Shown: positions 27,320-35,806 of the stretch, piece by piece
Layout: every line of letters starts with the position of its first letter
How positions within the stretch are numbered: position 1 is the stretch's first letter
IMG/VR virus record: IMGVR_UViG_3300020472_000024
Location: 1 to 62,754 of that record
DNA from: a virus
Lineage: Duplodnaviria; Caudoviricetes
Direction: 5' to 3' (one strand)
Length of the DNA stretch: 62,754 nt
Program-made: the position numbers and the translations under genes
The notes under the pieces: generated by a model
What the model saw: only the letters and a program-made list of their open reading frames with translations
Told to the model about the DNA's origin: nothing
The model's database searches: none

Positions 27320-27618
27320 TATAGTTTTCTTACTATGTGTTTCCTCAACTCTTTTAGGAAAAACTCCATCTTATCTATCATACCAATTAAAGCAGGATCA
27401 GTAATATATTTGTTTTGTTCCTTTAACTTATCGTATTCTTTAATAGAAATTTGAACCATAGGACTTAAATCTCTAGCACCTTCGTTCTCATAAGTTCTAT
27501 CGTGTTCGTGTGTTGTATCTTCAGGCACACTTTTGTTTTCGTTTACATTGTAGTGAGCACCATTTTCATCAACATAATCATCTGGTAAATCTTCACCACC
27601 CATATATAAATTAGTCAT
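27319..27618 (-). CDS. hypothetical protein
   Basis: Start MTNLY after AAGGAG RBS. Confidence 0.6.
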   Translation of the reverse strand: MTNLYMGGEDLPDDYVDENGAHYNVNENKSVPEDTTHEHDRTYENEGARDLSPMVQISIKEYDKLKEQNKYITDPALIGMIDKMEFFLKELRKHIVRKL

Positions 27619-28396
27619 TGTAATCTCCTTCATTGACTTGTTTATCTCGTTCATCAACACCAGCATCTTTTTTTCTTTTACCTTTTAAATGCGCCGTGTA
27701 AGGTGCGATTATTGATTCTGGCCACACGTGACCATCTTTTCTTCTACCTGTCAAATCCATCTGCGGTTGACCATTCAAAGTTCTTTTTCTTACCTCATTC
27801 CAAACATATGAATCGTGCCATTGTTTTTCATTGAAAAGTAAATCTTGTTCGTATGTGTTTCTTAATTCTTGTACAAATCTTTGTGTATGTTTATTAGTTA
27901 GATTATAACCTACAAATCCACATTCAGGATAAAATGGTGGGGCAGGTCTTTCTAGGTAGCAAATCGCTTTATCTTCAGGTAATATATCTCTTAATATTAT
28001 TTCTTCGGTCATTATTCTTTTGAACATTACATCTGCGTCAATCCAAAAAACATAATCATAATTACCTTCTAGCATTAAATGTGTCTTTGCATATACTTTA
28101 TAACTAAATCTTATTGCGTCTTTAATAAAATCTAAACCATATACAATTTGACTATTATCAGTACCTTTTATTGTACTGAATTGATTTCTAGTTTCGTTTC
28201 TTTTTATGAAGTCTTTTAGTGTAGGATTTGTGTCGTGTATATCTCTGTGGAATATATTTCTTTCAGGATCAATTTCAGGTATCCAACCTTCGTGGTAAAT
28301 ATAACAATCAAATGGCCAGTTATATGTCTTGTAAAATCTATGTGCGTAATACTCGTATAGTTTTCTGTTAAGACTAGTTACTACTGCTATTTTCAT
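27611..28396 (-). CDS. glycosyltransferase (GT-A nucleotide-diphospho-sugar transferase)
   Basis: DAIRFSYKVYA, WIDADV, ECGF, WHDSY, HLKG. Confidence 0.8.
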   Translation of the reverse strand: MKIAVVTSLNRKLYEYYAHRFYKTYNWPFDCYIYHEGWIPEIDPERNIFHRDIHDTNPTLKDFIKRNETRNQFSTIKGTDNSQIVYGLDFIKDAIRFSYKVYAKTHLMLEGNYDYVFWIDADVMFKRIMTEEIILRDILPEDKAICYLERPAPPFYPECGFVGYNLTNKHTQRFVQELRNTYEQDLLFNEKQWHDSYVWNEVRKRTLNGQPQMDLTGRRKDGHVWPESIIAPYTAHLKGKRKKDAGVDERDKQVNEGDYND

Positions 28397-28937
28397 TTCC
28401 AACCTTTTGTATAAAATAACTATCTGCAATATCTGATATAGGGTTACCTACTTTTTCAGTATCAAATAGTTTCTTCAAATCAATTTTAGTTTCTTTATTA
28501 AATGCTTCGTACATCATATCCTTATCAGCATTACCTTTACCTGTTGCAAATTTTTTAACAACACTAGGTACAACTATGTCGTAAGGTATGTTTCGTTCTT
28601 GTAATTGATATTTAAGTATACCACAATTCTCGGCAATTTGAAATAATGCTTGACCTTTAGAACCGTAAGAGTATCCTTCTATGAATACTTTTAGATTATG
28701 TCCTATTATATGAAATTTTTTGATTGCCCAATTAGATATATTAGAAAATCTTTCTATGGGTGTATTGTATTCTTTATGTTCTTCGCCAATAATATTATTA
28801 GCAATTTTACCTAGGTGTTTCTTTTTCTTTGTCAAATAATAAAACATAATATTTTTTCCATCATTAATACAGACACAAGGACTGGTTAAACTATAATCAA
28901 TTCCAACTATCGTGTTCTGCCTCATCTGGTATTTCAC
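28374..28937 (-). CDS. RuvC-like Holliday junction resolvase/nuclease
   Basis: GIDYSLTSP, FIEGYSY, VKKFATGKGNADK, DIADSY; start uncertain. Confidence 0.85.
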   Translation of the reverse strand: MKYQMRQNTIVGIDYSLTSPCVCINDGKNIMFYYLTKKKKHLGKIANNIIGEEHKEYNTPIERFSNISNWAIKKFHIIGHNLKVFIEGYSYGSKGQALFQIAENCGILKYQLQERNIPYDIVVPSVVKKFATGKGNADKDMMYEAFNKETKIDLKKLFDTEKVGNPISDIADSYFIQKVGNENSSSN

Positions 28938-29076
28938 TTCCTATATCTTCCTCATCTTCTACCTCATAACCACAAAAAGGACAAGTCCAAGGTTGTTGAT
29001 TTTCATTCTTTTCTTCGTCCCAAGTTATGCTATATTTAGTGTTGCAATTAGAACAATGTTTTTCTACTTTTTCCAT
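28897..29076 (-). CDS. small zinc-ribbon protein (59 aa)
   Basis: Hand-translated MEKVEKHCSNC...WTCPFCG; coupled to the nrdB stop. Confidence 0.7.
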   Translation of the reverse strand: MEKVEKHCSNCNTKYSITWDEEKNENQQPWTCPFCGYEVEDEEDIGSEIPDEAEHDSWN

Positions 29077-30173
29077 TATAATTTAAACTTTTTAAATTGA
29101 TCTTTTTTAACATCTTGTTTTATGCCACCAATCACATAAGATTCTATTTCTGTTTCTTGTGGTGCATTCTGTGTTCCTTTACTATTCAACCAATGATCTG
29201 TCCAAGGTAAAGGATTTGTTTTTGTTTCATAAGCAGGTGTTAATTGTATTGCTCTCATTCTTCTATTTGCTGTATATTCTACAAATTTATGTAATAGTTT
29301 TTCTGATAAACCTATCATAGAACCTTTAGAGAATAAGTAAGTTGCCCAACGCTTCTCCTCTTGTACTGCCTCATCATACATTGTATAAACTTCCTTTTCA
29401 GTTTCTTTTATAATTTTTGTAAAGTCTTTATCTTTCTCAAAATCTTTCCAGTTATTAATTATTCTTTGCGACATTGCAAGGTGTTGACTTTCGTCCCTAG
29501 CAATAAAAGATATAATCTTAGCAGAACCTTCTAGTTTCTTTAATTCACCAAATGCAAACGAACAAGCAAATGATACATAGAATCTTAAACCTTCTAATAT
29601 ATTTACCGTTACCATTGCAAGATATAATTTTTTCTTTAGTTCATATAGATCAACTTTTTGATCTGTTGCCCATTTATATCCTAATTCAATAAGTTCATCA
29701 TAAGTTTTAGTTACTGACTTACTTCTTTTTTCAATCTTTTCATCTTGTATAATAGTATCAAATACATCACTTGGTTGTGAATATAAGTTTTTAATAATGT
29801 ATGTATAACTTCTACTATGAATTGTTTCCATAAAGTCCCAAGTTATAATAGCACTTTCTAATTCTGGTAAAGAACAGAAAGGTAAAAATGCTAAACAAGG
29901 TCCTCTACCTTGTACACTATCTAACATAGTTTGATACTTTAAGTTTGATGTGAAGATAAACTTTTGTTCTTCTCTTAATTCTAGGTAATCGTTTCTATCT
30001 TTTTGTAAAGACACTTCTTCAGGTCTCCAAAAATATCCTAATTGTTGTTGAGTTAGTTTATCAAAAATAGGATACTTCATAGTATCATATCTTTGTACTG
30101 CAAGGTCAGGACCAAAAAACATTGATTGTTTTGTTGCGTCTAAATTTTTATCTTTGTTAAATACTGATTTCAT
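29076..30173 (-). CDS. nrdB: ribonucleotide reductase class Ia beta subunit
   Basis: FWRPEEV, ETIHSRSY, LEGLRFYVSFAC, IARDE..H, APQETEIESY. Confidence 0.97.
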   Translation of the reverse strand: MKSVFNKDKNLDATKQSMFFGPDLAVQRYDTMKYPIFDKLTQQQLGYFWRPEEVSLQKDRNDYLELREEQKFIFTSNLKYQTMLDSVQGRGPCLAFLPFCSLPELESAIITWDFMETIHSRSYTYIIKNLYSQPSDVFDTIIQDEKIEKRSKSVTKTYDELIELGYKWATDQKVDLYELKKKLYLAMVTVNILEGLRFYVSFACSFAFGELKKLEGSAKIISFIARDESQHLAMSQRIINNWKDFEKDKDFTKIIKETEKEVYTMYDEAVQEEKRWATYLFSKGSMIGLSEKLLHKFVEYTANRRMRAIQLTPAYETKTNPLPWTDHWLNSKGTQNAPQETEIESYVIGGIKQDVKKDQFKKFKL

Positions 30174-32483
30174 TTATATTGTACACGAGTCACAATTCTC
30201 GTCTTCCTCTTTTTGTTCGGGTTGTTTTGTTTCATCTATCCAACCAATGTCGTGTACTGGTTCGTCAATATCTTTTTTAGCGTCATAAGTATTTTGATAA
30301 TAAGAAGTCTTCCAACCTAATCTATATGTTGTCAATAAGTCTTGTGCCATTACTGATACAGGTACTTGATTGTCTTCATAATTTTCAGGATTGTATGACC
30401 AATTACCAGATATTGCCTGGTCAAAATACTTTTGCATTACTGCAACGATATTTATATATCCTTCGTTTTCTTTCATATCCCACAATAGACTATAATTATT
30501 TTTTAATCTTTTGTAATCAGGAACAATTTGTTTCAAAGGACCTTTTTTACTTTTCTTAACACTTAAATAATCTCTAGGTGGTTCAATGCCGTTTGTAGCA
30601 TTTGAAACCACACTAGAGGATTCTGATGGCATTTGGGCCGAGAGTGTGCTATGTCGTAGGCCGTGAGTTTTAATTTCTTTCCTTAACCATTCCCAATCGT
30701 AAGTATATTGACGATTGTTAACTAGTTCATCAACTTCTTTTTTATAAGTGTCAATGGGAAGAATACCATCGGAATATTTTGTTCTATTAAAGTATTCACA
30801 TCTACCTTTTTCTTGTGAAACTTCTTTACTTGCTTTTAATAAAAAGTATTGAAATGCCTCGGTAAGTTTATCAACTTGTCTCCAAGCAAGTTTATGTTCA
30901 TACTTGTATCCTTTTTTAGCAAGATAATGTGCAAGTCCTATATAACCTACACCTAAACTTCTTCTTGCCTTTGTAGAAATTTCTGCTGCTAAAACAGGAT
31001 ACTTTTGATGATCTATAATTTCATCTAAAGACCTTACTGCTAAATCACATAAGTTTTCTAACTCGTCCCTCTTGTCTATTAACCCCACATTGATAGCAGA
31101 TAAAATACATAAAGCGATTTCACCTTCGCCATCAATGTGTTGTATGGGTTCTGTTGGGAGGGTAATTTCTTGGCATAAATTTGACATTGTTATTCTGTCT
31201 TTAAAAGAGGAGTGTGTATTACAATGATCTATATTCATAATGTAAATACGACCTGTTTCTGCTCTTTCTTTTAATATGTCAAAGAATAAATCTTGTGCTG
31301 ATACTTTCTTTTTAGATATAGATAATTTTCTTTCTGCCTTTTCGTATAGTTCATCAAATTGTGGTGTACCCCACGCCTCATATAATTCAGGTACTTCGTG
31401 TGGTGAAAATAAAGTTATATCTTCTTCATTAATAAATCTTTCGTAAAATAATTTAGATAGTTGTATAGAGTAATCTAATTTTCTAACTCTATTATCTTCA
31501 GTACCTTTATTGTTTTTTAAAACTATAATGTCTTCTATTTCTTGGTGCCAAACAGGAAAATGTACGGTAGCAGAACCACCTCTTACACCGTTTTGTGTAC
31601 AACATTTAACGGTTGATTCAAACTTTTTAAGAAACGGAATAACACCTGTGTGTTGTACTTCTCCACCTCTTATTCTACTATTGATACCTCTTATTCTACC
31701 TGCATTGATACCGATACCTGCCCTTTGAGCAACATATCTACCAATTGCCATATCACTTGAAAAGATACTTGGTAAAGTATCATCTGAATCTACTAATACA
31801 CAACTTGCATATTGTTTAATAGGTGTTCTTACACCTGCCATTACTGGTGTTGGTATGTTTATTTTAAATGATGATATTGCGTCATAGTATTTTTTAACAT
31901 ATGACATTCTTTTATTTTTAGGATACTTAGCAAATAGTGTAGCAGAAATCATCATATACATAAATTGTGGTGTTTCAAAAACTTCACCACTTGATCTATC
32001 TTGTACTAGATACTTGTCAATAACTTGTCTTAATCCTGCATAGGTAAAATCATAATCTCTATTGTGATTGATCCAACCTTCCATTCTATCAAAATCTCTT
32101 TTCTCATAATTTTCCATTATAGAAGAATCATAAACACCTTTTTCTATACCTCTTTTAATTTGATCGTATAAGTGTGGGTGATCCCAAAGTTTATCTATAA
32201 CTTGTTTTCTTAAACTATAAAGTAATAGTCTAGCAGCAACATATTGATAGTTAGGATTTTCTAAAGAAATTAAATCAGCGGCAGACTTAATTAAAATTTG
32301 TTGAATTTCATCTGTTGACATTCCATCATAAAATTGTAGACCACTTTGCATTTCTACTTGTGAAGATGATACACCTTTTATATCTTCTACGGCATACTCT
32401 ACCATATCGTGTATCTTTTCAATGTTTAAAGGTTCTTTACCTCGGTTACCTCTTTTCACTACATTAATAATCTCTTGTACCAT
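30174..32483 (-). CDS. nrdA: ribonucleotide reductase class Ia alpha subunit
   Basis: ATP cone, SCVL, QNGVRGGSA, SNLCQEI, MPSESSS, C-terminal CDSCTI. Confidence 0.98.
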   Translation of the reverse strand: MVQEIINVVKRGNRGKEPLNIEKIHDMVEYAVEDIKGVSSSQVEMQSGLQFYDGMSTDEIQQILIKSAADLISLENPNYQYVAARLLLYSLRKQVIDKLWDHPHLYDQIKRGIEKGVYDSSIMENYEKRDFDRMEGWINHNRDYDFTYAGLRQVIDKYLVQDRSSGEVFETPQFMYMMISATLFAKYPKNKRMSYVKKYYDAISSFKINIPTPVMAGVRTPIKQYASCVLVDSDDTLPSIFSSDMAIGRYVAQRAGIGINAGRIRGINSRIRGGEVQHTGVIPFLKKFESTVKCCTQNGVRGGSATVHFPVWHQEIEDIIVLKNNKGTEDNRVRKLDYSIQLSKLFYERFINEEDITLFSPHEVPELYEAWGTPQFDELYEKAERKLSISKKKVSAQDLFFDILKERAETGRIYIMNIDHCNTHSSFKDRITMSNLCQEITLPTEPIQHIDGEGEIALCILSAINVGLIDKRDELENLCDLAVRSLDEIIDHQKYPVLAAEISTKARRSLGVGYIGLAHYLAKKGYKYEHKLAWRQVDKLTEAFQYFLLKASKEVSQEKGRCEYFNRTKYSDGILPIDTYKKEVDELVNNRQYTYDWEWLRKEIKTHGLRHSTLSAQMPSESSSVVSNATNGIEPPRDYLSVKKSKKGPLKQIVPDYKRLKNNYSLLWDMKENEGYINIVAVMQKYFDQAISGNWSYNPENYEDNQVPVSVMAQDLLTTYRLGWKTSYYQNTYDAKKDIDEPVHDIGWIDETKQPEQKEEDENCDSCTI

Positions 32484-32492
32484 AATCCTCCG

Positions 32493-33494
32493 TTAAACCT
32501 TTTTCCAGTGAGTTAATTTAGTTAATGCCGATAATTTGTTGTAAGTATTTTTACTTATAATATCTTCAACTTCAGAAATACTATAACCATTCATAATCAT
32601 ATCGTTTACATCTTTTAGTTGTATGTCTTCTGGCCATACAACAATATTAAAATTCTTTTCAATCACTTTATACATTCTGTCAACGATTTCTTTATTCCGA
32701 GGTTCGTTATCAAATATGTATAAAACTTTTTCGTTTGGTATTTTATTATTTAAAAATAAATCTGCACCAGCGGCAGCAAGACAATTATCAATAAATAAAC
32801 TATCAATCGGACCTTCAACGATTTTAACCTCTTTTGTAAAGTTAATTCGTTCCAGACCATATATTTTTTGTTTGTTCTCATCTAATTTGATCGTTAGATA
32901 TTTTGGTTGTTCATTGCCGAAAGCACGACCTTGAAAAGCAAACAATTTTCCACTTGTATCAAAAAACGGTATAATAAGTCTAGGATGATCTTTAATAACT
33001 TTGTAAGTTTTAGGTTTTACTTTGTTAACTAAAGTCATAAACTTATTACATAGATATAGAATATCAAAATACTTTTTAGGTATCTTTCTTTTAATACAAT
33101 ATAATCTAGCAGGATGATCTTCAGGTAAATCAGATATAGATTTTAGATCATCTAGTATTGTCTGATCTTTAAACTTCGTTGGTTTAAAATCAAACTTTGG
33201 CGTTGGTGTCGCAGGTGCCGAACCCTTGTAGCGTTCTAAAATATATTCTGAATATAAAGTAGGGTCTACAAATTTTAAAAAATTGGCGAAATTCTGTCCT
33301 TGTCCACAATTATGACATTTAAAGAACATATCATTTTTTACTCTATAAAGATATGCTCTCGCTTTTGTTTTTGATTTCTTCGAATCACCACAATGCGGAC
33401 ATCTGAAATTAAATAGATAATCAGTTTTCTTTTTAAACTGCGTTAATCTACCAGACAGATCATTAATAAATTTTAGATCAATATAACTTGACAT
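32493..33494 (-). CDS. 61: DNA primase gp61
   Basis: FRCPHCGDS..KARAY, CHNC, RLIIPF, VEGPIDSLF, FDNEPRN, KDVNDM. Confidence 0.95.
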   Translation of the reverse strand: MSSYIDLKFINDLSGRLTQFKKKTDYLFNFRCPHCGDSKKSKTKARAYLYRVKNDMFFKCHNCGQGQNFANFLKFVDPTLYSEYILERYKGSAPATPTPKFDFKPTKFKDQTILDDLKSISDLPEDHPARLYCIKRKIPKKYFDILYLCNKFMTLVNKVKPKTYKVIKDHPRLIIPFFDTSGKLFAFQGRAFGNEQPKYLTIKLDENKQKIYGLERINFTKEVKIVEGPIDSLFIDNCLAAAGADLFLNNKIPNEKVLYIFDNEPRNKEIVDRMYKVIEKNFNIVVWPEDIQLKDVNDMIMNGYSISEVEDIISKNTYNKLSALTKLTHWKKV

Positions 33495-33504
33495 AGCAGT
33501 ATTC

Positions 33505-33533
33505 ACTATACTACATTTGTGTTAAAAAGTCAA
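33505..33533 (-). promoter_or_regulatory. sigma70-like promoter for primase-nrdAB
   Basis: gcTTGACT-17-TATAGT. Confidence 0.75.
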
Positions 33534-33624
33534 GCGTAATCTGAACCGACTTTTTAAGTCAAAAAATCACCGCCGATCTTCCACGCACCTAAAAAGTTAG
33601 GTTTGCGTCTAGTTTTTCGGAGGT

Positions 33625-34062
33625 CTAACTGATACCAGTTCCTGACATCATTTGCATTATAAACTTGAAGTTTTTAGATAAAATCCAACCTATAGCAATA
33701 AATCCACCTAGGATAATCCATCTGTATTTTTCTAGGACTCCTACTCTTCCACCTATATCATTTCGTAATGCTTTAATTTCAACTAATAATCTCTTTTCAA
33801 CTTGATCCATTTCTCTTTGTAGGTCTCTAAAAATTTCGTCTATTTCACTATCTCTATCTTTAATTTTTCTAAAGATAATGTCGTCAACTTGTTCTTGTCT
33901 TTGGATTTTTTCTTCGTGTACTGCTAACATTGACTTAATAGATGTGGATACATCTGTTAGTTTGTCTATTGCTGTGTCTAAACGACCTTGAATAGAATTA
34001 ACATTTTCTATTTCTTGTTTTAAGGTTGCTAGTTCAACTCTTATGTCTGTATTATCTGCCAT
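33625..34062 (-). CDS. coiled-coil protein with C-terminal membrane anchor
   Basis: Heptad-rich; LEKYRWIILGG TM at the C-terminus. Confidence 0.7.
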   Translation of the reverse strand: MADNTDIRVELATLKQEIENVNSIQGRLDTAIDKLTDVSTSIKSMLAVHEEKIQRQEQVDDIIFRKIKDRDSEIDEIFRDLQREMDQVEKRLLVEIKALRNDIGGRVGVLEKYRWIILGGFIAIGWILSKNFKFIMQMMSGTGIS

Positions 34063-34154
34063 TAAAATTCTCTCTCAATCCAACTATATATTGACCAGTT
34101 GTACCATAATAAAAGTCCTGATATTAGTATAAGATTAATTGTTCCGTAGTCCAT
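34062..34154 (-). CDS. 30-aa membrane peptide
   Basis: Hand-translated MDYGTINLILISGLLLWYNWSIYSWIEREF*; coupled on both sides. Confidence 0.5.
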   Translation of the reverse strand: MDYGTINLILISGLLLWYNWSIYSWIEREF

Positions 34155-34157
34155 AAG

Positions 34158-35798
34158 TTATTTCTCTATCGTGTAAATGGTTACCTTGTTTGATTTACCC
34201 TTTACGGTTACCTCGTCTAATTTTTTGAAATTGTATAATGTAGATATATCTTTGTATGTGTCTTCTCCGACAACTAGTGTGGCGTCATAGTTTTTAGAAA
34301 CTCCCTCTAATCTACTTGCCAAGTTCACAGAATCACCGATAACAGAATAATCAAATCTTTGTTGACTACCCATATTACCTACAATACACTTTCCTGTATT
34401 GATTCCTATACCTATATTTATGACATTGTTATCTCCAAACCCATTCATATTATTTAAATATTTTAATTTATCTATCATTTCAAGTGCCGAAGTTATTGCT
34501 AACTCTTTGTGTTTCGGTGTGTCAATAGGTGCATTCCAAAATGCCATTATACAATCGCCCATATACTTATCAATTGTACCACTATTTCTCATAATAATAT
34601 CTGTCATAGGTGTTAAAAATCTATTAATAACTTTTGTTAATTCTGCAGGATTACTTTTATATTTTTCTGACAATGGTGTAAACCCTCTTATATCACAGAA
34701 TAAAAATGTTAGTTCTTTTGTTTCACCACCTAGTTTTAACAAGTCAGGATTCTGTTGTAGTTTCTTAACCATTTTAGGTTCAAGGTAATGTTCAAATTGT
34801 TTTTTAATTTGTAGTTTTAATCTATTCTCTCTTGCAAAGTTATTATATATTAAATGTGTCCATACAATAGTCATTGCAATTGCAATATAAGACCAGTCTG
34901 TAATTATCATTTTACTATGCCATAGATAAACAGAACCTATAGCAATATCAGCATATGCACCAAATAGTAATACTGCTGACCATAGTAAACCTACTCTAGG
35001 TATAATCAATACAAATGCAAGTAGACCTAATATAAATCCTATCCATTCTAATGTAGGCAACCAATCAGGTCTTTGAATAAACTTACCTGACAATAAAGTT
35101 TCAGTTGACATTGCCATTATATCGTGTGGATTTTTTAAACCGTTAGGTGTTAATACAAATGTTGAACCTGAAAATGTAGCACCTATGAATACAATTTTAC
35201 CTTTTACAGATGACCAATCTTTATCTGCGTGATCTATTCTAGGTATTTGATGTCTAAAATCTATCCATATATTATCTTGTTTAGGTATTTTAAATTTGAT
35301 AATCTTCAGTATTGTTTCAGGTACAGAATTTTCTAAAGGTAATTTTCTAATAGTACCATCTACATCTACTGGAACAAGAACATCACCTACACCTAATACT
35401 TTTCTTTTTATACTTTGTAGATTTTTTGCGTCTTTAGTTTCTGTTAAGATAACAGGATACTTTGAGATCATTTTCAAAAACATTTCATCACCACCTAATC
35501 TATCTTTATGTACAAAAACTACATTTAAGAAAACTAAAGCGGCACCATTTTGATATGCTTTAATAACAGCACGACCTAATTGATCTCTCTTCCACGGCCA
35601 TTGACCATATTTGTTTAGTGAATTATCTGATATGTCTATTAAGACTAGACTTTTTGATTTATAATTATTGCCAAACTTTTGATATAAGTCAAAGGTTTTT
35701 AATTGTAGGGTCTGTAAAGGTATTGGATTATATACTTTTAACGCCAATAATATAATCACACTTACCACTACTGCCCACGTGGAAGTAAACTTGTTCAT
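34158..35798 (-). CDS. CHASE2-domain class III adenylate cyclase
   Basis: N-terminal TM, CHASE2 motifs (IDIS..SL..YGQWPWKR, VDVDG.IR, GKIVFIG), 3 TMs, cyclase motifs LFCDIRGFT, IDKYMGDCIMA, DYSVIGDSVNLASRLE, VKGK. Confidence 0.93.
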   Translation of the reverse strand: MNKFTSTWAVVVSVIILLALKVYNPIPLQTLQLKTFDLYQKFGNNYKSKSLVLIDISDNSLNKYGQWPWKRDQLGRAVIKAYQNGAALVFLNVVFVHKDRLGGDEMFLKMISKYPVILTETKDAKNLQSIKRKVLGVGDVLVPVDVDGTIRKLPLENSVPETILKIIKFKIPKQDNIWIDFRHQIPRIDHADKDWSSVKGKIVFIGATFSGSTFVLTPNGLKNPHDIMAMSTETLLSGKFIQRPDWLPTLEWIGFILGLLAFVLIIPRVGLLWSAVLLFGAYADIAIGSVYLWHSKMIITDWSYIAIAMTIVWTHLIYNNFARENRLKLQIKKQFEHYLEPKMVKKLQQNPDLLKLGGETKELTFLFCDIRGFTPLSEKYKSNPAELTKVINRFLTPMTDIIMRNSGTIDKYMGDCIMAFWNAPIDTPKHKELAITSALEMIDKLKYLNNMNGFGDNNVINIGIGINTGKCIVGNMGSQQRFDYSVIGDSVNLASRLEGVSKNYDATLVVGEDTYKDISTLYNFKKLDEVTVKGKSNKVTIYTIEK

Positions 35799-35806
35799 AA
35801 GACTAT

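Noticed and set aside
29076-32483. Introns or inteins in nrdAB (and gp41)
   Set aside because: ORFs are continuous and of normal length
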